This document shows, piece by piece, positions 1-7,077 of a stretch of 35,456 nt of DNA (positions are counted from its first letter, which is position 1; each line of letters starts with the position of its first letter). The stretch comes from Candidatus Woesearchaeota archaeon. GTDB lineage: Archaea > Nanobdellota > Nanobdellia > Woesearchaeales > JBBIVF01. The stretch lies in assembly GCA_037439845.1 (NCBI GenBank), contig JBBIVF010000003.1, forward strand, positions 3,850-39,305, read 5' to 3'. The notes under the pieces are model-generated. The model saw only the letters and a program-made list of their open reading frames with translations. It was not told the DNA's origin and did not search any database. The translations under genes were made by a program, and so were the position numbers.

Positions 1-467
1 TTTTTCTCTTTTATCATCAGGTCAAGCTGTGAGATGTCATTAGAAAGCTTGTTTCTCCTATCTTTCAATTCTTCCACTTCTGAAAGCAGCCTCTTTGCTT
101 CCTTTTCTCTTTTATCTAATTCGCTTGTTCTTTTAGATATTTCTTTTCTGATGTTTTTCTCATTGATTTCAATTTTCTTCTGAGCTTCTTTCTCTGCTTC
201 GCGTAGCTCACGTTCTCTTTTTTCAAGAGCATCCTGCTTTTGCTTTATCTCTTGGGCCTTGAAATCGAGGTTTTGCTCTTTTTGTTTGAGATGCGTTTCA
301 AAATCATTCAAAGAATTAGCTCTTTTCTTTATTTCCTCAGCAAGCTCTTTCAGTATTTTCTCTTTTTTTTTCACTATATCTTTTTCCCGCTCAAATTTTT
401 CCATAAGAATATCTTGTTTAGCGCTGCTTCGAGCCTTAACCAATAAATTCACCCCTTTTTTAGGCAT
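1..467 (-). CDS. Coiled-coil hypothetical protein, partial (runs off the left edge; not in ORF track)
   Basis: ATG at 467 preceded by AAGGGGGT; open frame MPKKGVNLLVKARSSAKQDILMEKFEREKDIVKKKEKILKELAEEIKKRANSL... with K/E-rich heptads to the window edge. Confidence 0.8.
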   Translation of the reverse strand, partial: MPKKGVNLLVKARSSAKQDILMEKFEREKDIVKKKEKILKELAEEIKKRANSLNDFETHLKQKEQNLDFKAQEIKQKQDALEKRERELREAEKEAQKKIEINEKNIRKEISKRTSELDKREKEAKRLLSEVEELKDRRNKLSNDISQLDLMIKEK

Positions 468-617
468 ACCCCCTTAATAAACAGATTTTACTCATTTCAT
501 TTAAAAATATTTGTTACTATTAAGCAAGAATAAGTAATAATATTGAGAGACAATTCTGCTTTTTGATAAAAATATTCATTGTACTAGTGGCATATAATTC
601 TATCTTTAGGAGCAACA

Positions 618-625
618 TTTATAAA
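618..625 (+). promoter_or_regulatory. Putative TATA box for the zinc-ribbon/EF-1beta operon
   Basis: TTTATAAA about 24 nt upstream of ATG 649, consistent with a near-leaderless archaeal transcript. Confidence 0.5.
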
Positions 626-648
626 TGGTCATTAAATTCCGAATTCTT

Positions 649-819
649 ATGCCTGAAGAACTTTGCATATCTTGTAATAGGAAAACAACAAATTTGACTA
701 GTGTGACTAAATTTTTGTGTCCTAAATGCTCTCAGTTTGTAATAATAAGGTGTGGTAATTGCAGAGCAATAAGCGCGAAGTATGTCTGCCAAAACTGCGG
801 CTTTGAAGGTCCGAACTAA
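649..819 (+). CDS. Zinc-ribbon protein, DUF1610/HVO_2753 family
   Basis: Four CxxC motifs (CISC, CPKC, CGNC, CQNC), C-terminal CGFEGP, and the usual position upstream of EF-1beta. Start moved from 625 to 649. Confidence 0.9.
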   Translation: MPEELCISCNRKTTNLTSVTKFLCPKCSQFVIIRCGNCRAISAKYVCQNCGFEGPN

Positions 820-820
820 A

Positions 821-1096
821 ATGGCCACAGTAGTTATCACTTTCAAAGTAATGCCAGAATCAACAGAAGTTGATCTAGAATTATTGAAAAAAAAGATAAG
901 CTCCAAACTGAATGATTTTGGAGCAGAAGTTGGAAAAGTAGAAGTTGAGCCTGTTGCATTTGGATTGAAAGCATTGCACTTTATTTGCGTAATGGACGAA
1001 AATCTAGGTTCAACAGAGAGTGTCGAGAAAGACATAAATAATCTGGAAGGAGTGTCTTCAATAGATGTCGTAGACGTCAGAAGAGCGATAGGATGA
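821..1096 (+). CDS. ef1b: Archaeal translation elongation factor 1-beta
   Basis: KVMPESTEVDL and EPVAFGLKAL motifs; ATG 821 lies 1 nt after the upstream stop. Confidence 0.95.
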   Translation: MATVVITFKVMPESTEVDLELLKKKISSKLNDFGAEVGKVEVEPVAFGLKALHFICVMDENLGSTESVEKDINNLEGVSSIDVVDVRRAIG

Positions 1097-2155
1097 AGAA
1101 TTCTTCTTTTTTGCTCTGAGCTGATAATATAATTCTTTTATTTTTGGGTAAATCTTCTTTTTCATTTCTGGTTTTAATGAATTATAGAGCTCATTTATCT
1201 CAAGATATTTTTTCTGGGCCTCTATTTTCTTCTTATTTTTTAGATCTTCCATACTTTTTGAGATTAATTTTTTTATTTTTGCGATGTCCGCTTCAACACT
1301 TTTCTCTTCTTTTTCTATTTTGCTTTCATTTATCTCCATCTTTTCGATTTCTTCTCCTATTTCTTCCTTTTCTTTTTCTTCTTGAATTATCTCTTTTTTA
1401 AGTTTAATGTCATCAATTTTCTTTAACAAATCATTCATTTGTGTTTTGTAATTCTCAAGCGTATTTATTGTGCTGACAGATTTGTCTATTTCTTCATCAA
1501 CTATTTCTTTTATTTCTTCACTTTTTTCATGATTCTGGACAAGCTTTATTCCTTCTCCGACTTTTTCAAGATTCTTTACTATCTCCTTGAAAGCTATGAT
1601 TATATTATCTGAAAGTTCCTTAACTTTGTAGAATTCCTGGAAATTTTTGCTAAGCTTGATAAATATACCTTCAACTTTATCTGAATGTTTCTCAATGTTG
1701 GCTTCTATCTTCTTTATGTTCTCAAGTTCAAGCTTAACATCCTCGTTCAGTTCTATTATCTCCTTGACTCCTCTGAATGTCATCATGCTGGCTTTTATCT
1801 CCTTGAACTCTTTCAGCACCTGATTCTGCACATAATCTGATGATTCATTCTTCTGGAAAAGCCCTTCAAGCTTATGCTCTATTTCCGCAAGTTTTTTCAA
1901 GAAATTTTCAGGACTTATTGACATAACTGTATCATATGCTTTGATGGTCTTGGACTCTATTTCTTTAATTTCTTGCTCTTTAGTGATGAGCATGCTTCTT
2001 AATTCGCCTATTTCTTCATTGACTCTTGAGAACCTCTCATCATAGATTTTCAACTGTTCACGCAATGCATCAATTCTAGAATTTAATCTCTCTATATCTG
2101 CACTGATTGTTAAAGGTTGGACAGCTTCAGTATATGCTTTGGTTCCATCTACCAT
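1058..2155 (-). CDS. Long coiled-coil hypothetical protein with C-terminal helical module
   Basis: 365-aa ORF rich in K/E/I heptads; convergent overlap of 39 bp with ef1b. Confidence 0.8.
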   Translation of the reverse strand: MVDGTKAYTEAVQPLTISADIERLNSRIDALREQLKIYDERFSRVNEEIGELRSMLITKEQEIKEIESKTIKAYDTVMSISPENFLKKLAEIEHKLEGLFQKNESSDYVQNQVLKEFKEIKASMMTFRGVKEIIELNEDVKLELENIKKIEANIEKHSDKVEGIFIKLSKNFQEFYKVKELSDNIIIAFKEIVKNLEKVGEGIKLVQNHEKSEEIKEIVDEEIDKSVSTINTLENYKTQMNDLLKKIDDIKLKKEIIQEEKEKEEIGEEIEKMEINESKIEKEEKSVEADIAKIKKLISKSMEDLKNKKKIEAQKKYLEINELYNSLKPEMKKKIYPKIKELYYQLRAKKKNSSSYRSSDVYDIY

Positions 2156-2252
2156 AATGACTTTTTAATGGTCTGCAACCTATAAAAAGATTTATTACTA
2201 TTAAAAAATAGATATAATTGATTTTCACAATATGGAAAATAATTATAAAAAC

Positions 2253-2263
2253 TTTTATATAAA
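2253..2263 (+). promoter_or_regulatory. Putative TATA box for srp54
   Basis: TTTTATATAAA about 23 nt upstream of ATG 2286. Confidence 0.55.
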
Positions 2264-2285
2264 CTCCTTAATTCTAATTTTCAAT

Positions 2286-3653
2286 ATGGTGCTTGAAAAA
2301 TTAGGTTCTTCATTGAAAAACACTTTGCAAAAAATTGCCAAGGCAATTTTTGTAGATGAAAAACTTGTTAATGAGCTTGTCAAAGACATGCAAAGAGCAT
2401 TGCTTGAGTCAGATGTTAATGTCAAGCTGGTTTTTGAGCTTACCAAAAAAATAAAGGAAAGAATCCTAAAAGAAGAAACACCTCCTGGATTGACTAAAAA
2501 AGAATATTTGATTAAAGTAGTTTATGAAGAGCTCTCTAATTTCTTAGGCGGTGAAGGAGCAAAGATACATATAGATAAGAAACCTTTCAAGATAATGCTT
2601 GTTGGTCTTTTCGGAAACGGCAAAACAACACAGGCAGGAAAACTTGCAAATTACTATAAAAAAAGAGGCTACAAAGTAGCTCTTGTGCAGACTGACACAT
2701 GGAGACCAGCAGCTTATCATCAGCTCAAGACACTTGCTGAGTCCATAGATGTGCAATTCTTCGGGAAAGAGAAAGAAAAAGATCCTGTCAAGATATACAA
2801 AGAGTTCCAGGATAAATTATTGAAATTCGACATAGTCATAATTGATACTGCAGGACGAGATGCATTATCTGATGAATTAATATCTGAATTAGACAGGATT
2901 AACAAATTTATTCAGCCAAACGAAACTCTTCTTGTAATGGCTGCTGATATTGGTCAGGCAGCACAAAAACAAGCAGAAGCTTTTTCATCTACATGCCACA
3001 TTACCGGAGTAATTATAACAAAACTTGACGGCACAGCAAAAGGAGGAGGTGCTCTCTCGGCTTGCGCAGTAACAAAAGCGCCAGTAAAGTTCATTGGAGT
3101 AGGCGAAAAAATAGACGCTCTTGAGGAATTCGAGCCAAAAAGATTTGTTGGCAGGCTTTTAGGATGGGGAGATATCCAAGCACTGCTGGAGAAAGCGCAG
3201 GAAGCAATAACCGAAGAAGATGCTCAGGATCTTCAAAAGAAATTATTGAAAGGAGAATTCACGCTCATAGACCTTTATCAGCAGATGGAAGCAATGAAAA
3301 AAATGGGGCCATTGACAAAAATCATGGAACTCATTCCTGGAATGAGCCAGTTACAGTTGCCCAAAGATATGCTAGAAGTTCAGGAAGGAAAATTAAAGAA
3401 ATGGAAATTCATATTGCAGTCCTGCACCAGAAAAGAGTTAGAGGATCCTGATATTATCTCTGGAGAGAGAGTTGAAAGAATAGCCAAAGGCGCGGGTGTT
3501 AATGTTTCCGAGGTGCGTGAGTTGCTCAAACAATTCCGTCAGTCAAAAAAGATGATAAAGATGTTCAAAGGCAAGGGCGCAGATTCTCCAAAACAAATAC
3601 AAAAGATGATCCAGCAGATGAAAAATATGAAAGGCTTCAAGGGTTTCAAGTAA
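2286..3653 (+). CDS. srp54: Signal recognition particle protein SRP54
   Basis: MVLEKLG start, GLFGNGKTT P-loop, DTWRPAA, DTAGR, TKLDGTAKGGGA and a Met-rich M domain. Start moved from 2232. Confidence 0.97.
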   Translation: MVLEKLGSSLKNTLQKIAKAIFVDEKLVNELVKDMQRALLESDVNVKLVFELTKKIKERILKEETPPGLTKKEYLIKVVYEELSNFLGGEGAKIHIDKKPFKIMLVGLFGNGKTTQAGKLANYYKKRGYKVALVQTDTWRPAAYHQLKTLAESIDVQFFGKEKEKDPVKIYKEFQDKLLKFDIVIIDTAGRDALSDELISELDRINKFIQPNETLLVMAADIGQAAQKQAEAFSSTCHITGVIITKLDGTAKGGGALSACAVTKAPVKFIGVGEKIDALEEFEPKRFVGRLLGWGDIQALLEKAQEAITEEDAQDLQKKLLKGEFTLIDLYQQMEAMKKMGPLTKIMELIPGMSQLQLPKDMLEVQEGKLKKWKFILQSCTRKELEDPDIISGERVERIAKGAGVNVSEVRELLKQFRQSKKMIKMFKGKGADSPKQIQKMIQQMKNMKGFKGFK

Positions 3654-4262
3654 TTAATTCTTATTTTTTAATATATTTTTTAATATAATTATTGTCATGG
3701 TAATCAAGGCGCCAATGAATTTTAATGCCATGTCTTTCTGTGCATCCCAGATATCGCCTTGAACACCCAGATATGCAAGTCCTAGTTCAGGTTCAACTAT
3801 TATTGTGACAAGCCATTCTATTATTTCGTATATTGCTCCTAAAGCAACTATAAAGAAAAAAGGAAAAAGATATTTCACGAATTTGTCTTTTTTTGCAAAA
3901 TTATTCTTGAACAATTCAAAAAAAGGATAGTACATTAAAGCTCCGAACATGAAATGAACAATCCTGTCATAGTGGTTTCTAGAAAAATTGAAGAAATTAG
4001 TTATTGGGTCCATAAAGACAACATTGGAATAAGTGTAATGCGATCCAATTGTATGCATTATCATGAAGACAAGCATAAGCGTATATGAAGTATTTGAGAA
4101 CCTAAATCTCCTATATGTAAAAACTAGCATAGGAACAAATATTATACTCAGCAAACTTTCAAGGAGATGGTCTCTGGGATATACTGGTTTGATGGCGCAT
4201 ATAATGAAAACAGCAATGAATATGACGAGACAAATAAAAGGATATCTGTCTTGTTTTTTCAT
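3654..4262 (-). CDS. DUF2238/YjdF-family membrane protein
   Basis: HTIGSHYTYS, RNHYDRIVHF, YEIIEW, LGVQGDIWDAQKDM motifs; multiple TM helices. Confidence 0.88.
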   Translation of the reverse strand: MKKQDRYPFICLVIFIAVFIICAIKPVYPRDHLLESLLSIIFVPMLVFTYRRFRFSNTSYTLMLVFMIMHTIGSHYTYSNVVFMDPITNFFNFSRNHYDRIVHFMFGALMYYPFFELFKNNFAKKDKFVKYLFPFFFIVALGAIYEIIEWLVTIIVEPELGLAYLGVQGDIWDAQKDMALKFIGALITMTIIILKNILKNKN

Positions 4263-4906
4263 TTATTCCTTTCCTCTTTTTTCTCCATCATATAACTTCT
4301 AATGTAAAATGCTGCTAATGTTGAACCCAATAAATTAAAGCAAAGGTCCAGAGCATTATTCATATAATCTCCCACTTGGTTCTGTGCATCTACAAACACA
4401 ACTGCTCCAAGCTCAAGTATTTCATTCACAGCTCCAAAGCCTAATGCTATTAGCACAATTATTATAAGAGTCACTGTCTTGCTCTTGATTTTTACGCTTT
4501 CAATATAAGGCCTCAAGAAATTAAATGATATCATCGCAGCAGTGAATGAACCCACTATATGAACTAAATTGTCATATCTGAATAATCTAGGGTAAATATA
4601 GATTTCATACAGCCTTGTATTGCCAATGTATATATTGACTCCCATTGTATGCAATGCTCCGAAAAAAGACAACAAGACAAGAATAGGCACTGTTAATCTA
4701 AGGTCTTTGTAATAGAACCTTACAAAAAGAAGTATCGCGAAAAGAAAAATGCTATAAAAAACAAACTCATAGTTCTTTTTCAATACAGCTAGTATTGTAA
4801 ATAGAATTAGGTAACTTGCAGTGAATATTAGCAAAACAATCAATTTGTTCTTCTTAACGCTCAAGAAATCATAGAGCTTGGTTTGCCAGTTTGTCTGCTT
4901 GCTCAT
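4259..4906 (-). CDS. Second, divergent DUF2238-like membrane protein
   Basis: LHTMG, RYDNLVH, NEILE and NNALDL match the H / YD-H / E-E / D pattern of its neighbour; ATGA overlap with it. Confidence 0.75.
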   Translation of the reverse strand: MSKQTNWQTKLYDFLSVKKNKLIVLLIFTASYLILFTILAVLKKNYEFVFYSIFLFAILLFVRFYYKDLRLTVPILVLLSFFGALHTMGVNIYIGNTRLYEIYIYPRLFRYDNLVHIVGSFTAAMISFNFLRPYIESVKIKSKTVTLIIIVLIALGFGAVNEILELGAVVFVDAQNQVGDYMNNALDLCFNLLGSTLAAFYIRSYMMEKKEERNK

Positions 4907-5255
4907 TTTCCTCCCTCGGTATTTTCTGATATGTTACTGATTTGAATTTCTTTTCCAAATTTTTGACCTTGTCAAATAGCGCTTTTATTTTCTTGTCTTT
5001 GACTTTCCATTCAAGATTGAGTTGATTGATGAGAAGATTTGAATCTGATTTTATTATTATGTCATCACCATCTAATTTTATTGCTGCCTCAAGCGCAGTT
5101 ATTACTGCTAGATACTCTGCCCTGTTATTTGTGCCCTGGCCCATTGGCTTAGAAATTGTCTTGATGACCTTTCCATTTTCTTTTATTACTACTCCTATTG
5201 TCATAGGTCCTGGATTGCCAGGGCATGCTCCGTCTGTGTTTATTACAAGCTTCAT
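4869..5255 (-). CDS. rnhA: Ribonuclease HI, archaeal-like type
   Basis: DGACPGNPG, TNNRAEY, SDSNL and PREENEQADKLAN give the D-E-D-D catalytic set. Confidence 0.93.
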   Translation of the reverse strand: MKLVINTDGACPGNPGPMTIGVVIKENGKVIKTISKPMGQGTNNRAEYLAVITALEAAIKLDGDDIIIKSDSNLLINQLNLEWKVKDKKIKALFDKVKNLEKKFKSVTYQKIPREENEQADKLANQAL

Positions 5256-5650
5256 TTTAATTTTTTATATATCTTTTCCAGATCAACGCCCTTATTTCTT
5301 CCATGGAACCAAAGGTCAAGACCATCCTCATGATATCTCGGTACAAGATGCAAATGAAAATGTCCAACAGATTGCTGAGCATCTTTTCCAGAAGCATTTA
5401 AGATATTTGTTCCGGTATTGTTGAGTTTTTTTTTGTATTGTAATGTTAATTTTTTAGCGATTTTTGCTATTTTCATTAATAATTCTTCAGGTATATCATC
5501 CAACTCTACATAATGTTTTTTCGGTATAATCAAAGTATGGCCAGGGCTGACAGGATTCACATCCAAAAAAGCCATCACATCAGAGTCTGAATAGATTTCT
5601 TTACAAGGTACTTGGCCAGCAACTATTTTGCAAAATATACAGTCTGTCAT
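5252..5650 (-). CDS. HIT family nucleotide hydrolase (canonical)
   Basis: DCIFC, GHTLIIPKKH and intact triad HFHLHLVPR. Confidence 0.93.
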   Translation of the reverse strand: MTDCIFCKIVAGQVPCKEIYSDSDVMAFLDVNPVSPGHTLIIPKKHYVELDDIPEELLMKIAKIAKKLTLQYKKKLNNTGTNILNASGKDAQQSVGHFHLHLVPRYHEDGLDLWFHGRNKGVDLEKIYKKLK

Positions 5651-5693
5651 TTTATTTTTCTTTTGTTATTGCCTTTATATAATTTTTTATTTT

Positions 5694-6071
5694 TTATGAT
5701 TTTTTTATGATTTTATGCATATTAACAATAATAACAACTATCATTCCTATAAAAACCAGAAAAACACCCTTGTTGAAAGCATAAGCTCCAACAATATCGC
5801 CTCTTACCAATCTTGACATTGCTCTTGTCATTCCGCAAGCAGGGCAGTTACAGCCAGCAAAAATGCCCGCAGTTGGACAATGACCTCTAAAGATTAAAGG
5901 AAATATGAAATTCTTGAACACACACAAAGAAGGAGTATTCCATGGGCTTTTAGGAAATATTCTCAATAGCACCAGGATTGAAGTAAGATTAAAAACAATA
6001 GCTTCAGGCGTGTTGAAACTTACTATGTCAAGAAAAACTTTTTTTATCTTTTTAAATTTCTTAAGTTTCAT
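5694..6071 (-). CDS. DUF2752-family membrane protein
   Basis: CPACGMTRA...GDIVGAYAFN motif with an upstream Cys and TM segments. Confidence 0.8.
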   Translation of the reverse strand: MKLKKFKKIKKVFLDIVSFNTPEAIVFNLTSILVLLRIFPKSPWNTPSLCVFKNFIFPLIFRGHCPTAGIFAGCNCPACGMTRAMSRLVRGDIVGAYAFNKGVFLVFIGMIVVIIVNMHKIIKKS

Positions 6072-6089
6072 GATAAAAGAAAAAAAAAT

Positions 6090-6299
6090 TTATTTCTCAA
6101 CCCATTCTATTCCTTGGAATTTATGTTTTGTAGCAATTAATATCACATCAATCAACCACCAGATTCCACAGCCACCTAAAGTTATCAGCTTTAATATTCC
6201 CAAGCCTACCTGTCCCATTATGAATCTGTCTACTCCAAGACTTCCAAACAATATTGACATGATCAATGTCAAAACCCAATTCACTTTTTTATCTGCCAT
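6090..6299 (-). CDS. TM2-domain protein
   Basis: GSLGVDRFIMGQVGLGILKLITLGGCGIWWLIDVILI is the TM2 signature; GAGG RBS upstream. Confidence 0.9.
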   Translation of the reverse strand: MADKKVNWVLTLIMSILFGSLGVDRFIMGQVGLGILKLITLGGCGIWWLIDVILIATKHKFQGIEWVEK

Positions 6300-6400
6300 T
6301 TTGTGTTCCTCCTATGATTAATTATCTATGTTCTATTGAACTTTCTTTTTAAATGTTTCCAATAAATAATTATTTAAACCCTTAAAAAATCATTATTTTT

Positions 6401-7072
6401 ATGGAGCTCGAAAAACTTCATCACAGGATTCCTGAGAATATATTCAAGATTCTCAAACAGCAAGGAATAGAAAAACTAAGGCCTGCTCAGTATAAGGCAA
6501 TAGAGAAAGAGCTTTTTGAAAAAAATATTCTTGTTTGCACTCCAACAGCTTCTGGAAAAACACTTGTGGCTGAAATATTATTCCTGAATACCATACTCAA
6601 CAAAAAAAGAAAAGCAGTCTATATAGTTCCGTTAAAAGCGCTTGCACAAGAGAAATTCAAGGAATTCAAGCGCAAATATCCTGATATTAAAATTGCCCTC
6701 TCAATAGGAGATTTTGATTCAACTGATTCTTATCTAAGTGATTATGACCTTATCATTACAACATCAGAGAAACTAGACTCTCTTATAAGACATCATACTC
6801 CCTGGTTTCAGGAGATAGGATGTTTTGTAGTGGATGAGATTCACCTTTTGAATGATACAGAAAGAGGCCCCACTTTAGAGATTCTCATAACAATAATCAG
6901 GCAAAACCTGCCGAAGGCCCAGATATTAGGTTTATCAGCAACAATAGGCAATCCAGAAGAATTGGCAAAATGGCTTGATGCAGAGCTTATTCTAGATGAT
7001 TGGAGGCCTGTAACATTATACAAAGGAATACTCTTTGAAAATAAAATTGAGTTCTATGACAAGGAAGATTAA
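6401..7072 (+). CDS. Ski2-like/Hel308 helicase, N-terminal RecA1 domain only
   Basis: Q motif LRPAQ, PTASGKT, VPLKALA, DEIH, RGPTLE, LSAT, WRPV; stops after 223 aa with no motifs IV-VI. Confidence 0.88.
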   Translation: MELEKLHHRIPENIFKILKQQGIEKLRPAQYKAIEKELFEKNILVCTPTASGKTLVAEILFLNTILNKKRKAVYIVPLKALAQEKFKEFKRKYPDIKIALSIGDFDSTDSYLSDYDLIITTSEKLDSLIRHHTPWFQEIGCFVVDEIHLLNDTERGPTLEILITIIRQNLPKAQILGLSATIGNPEELAKWLDAELILDDWRPVTLYKGILFENKIEFYDKED

Positions 7073-7077
7073 AATTT

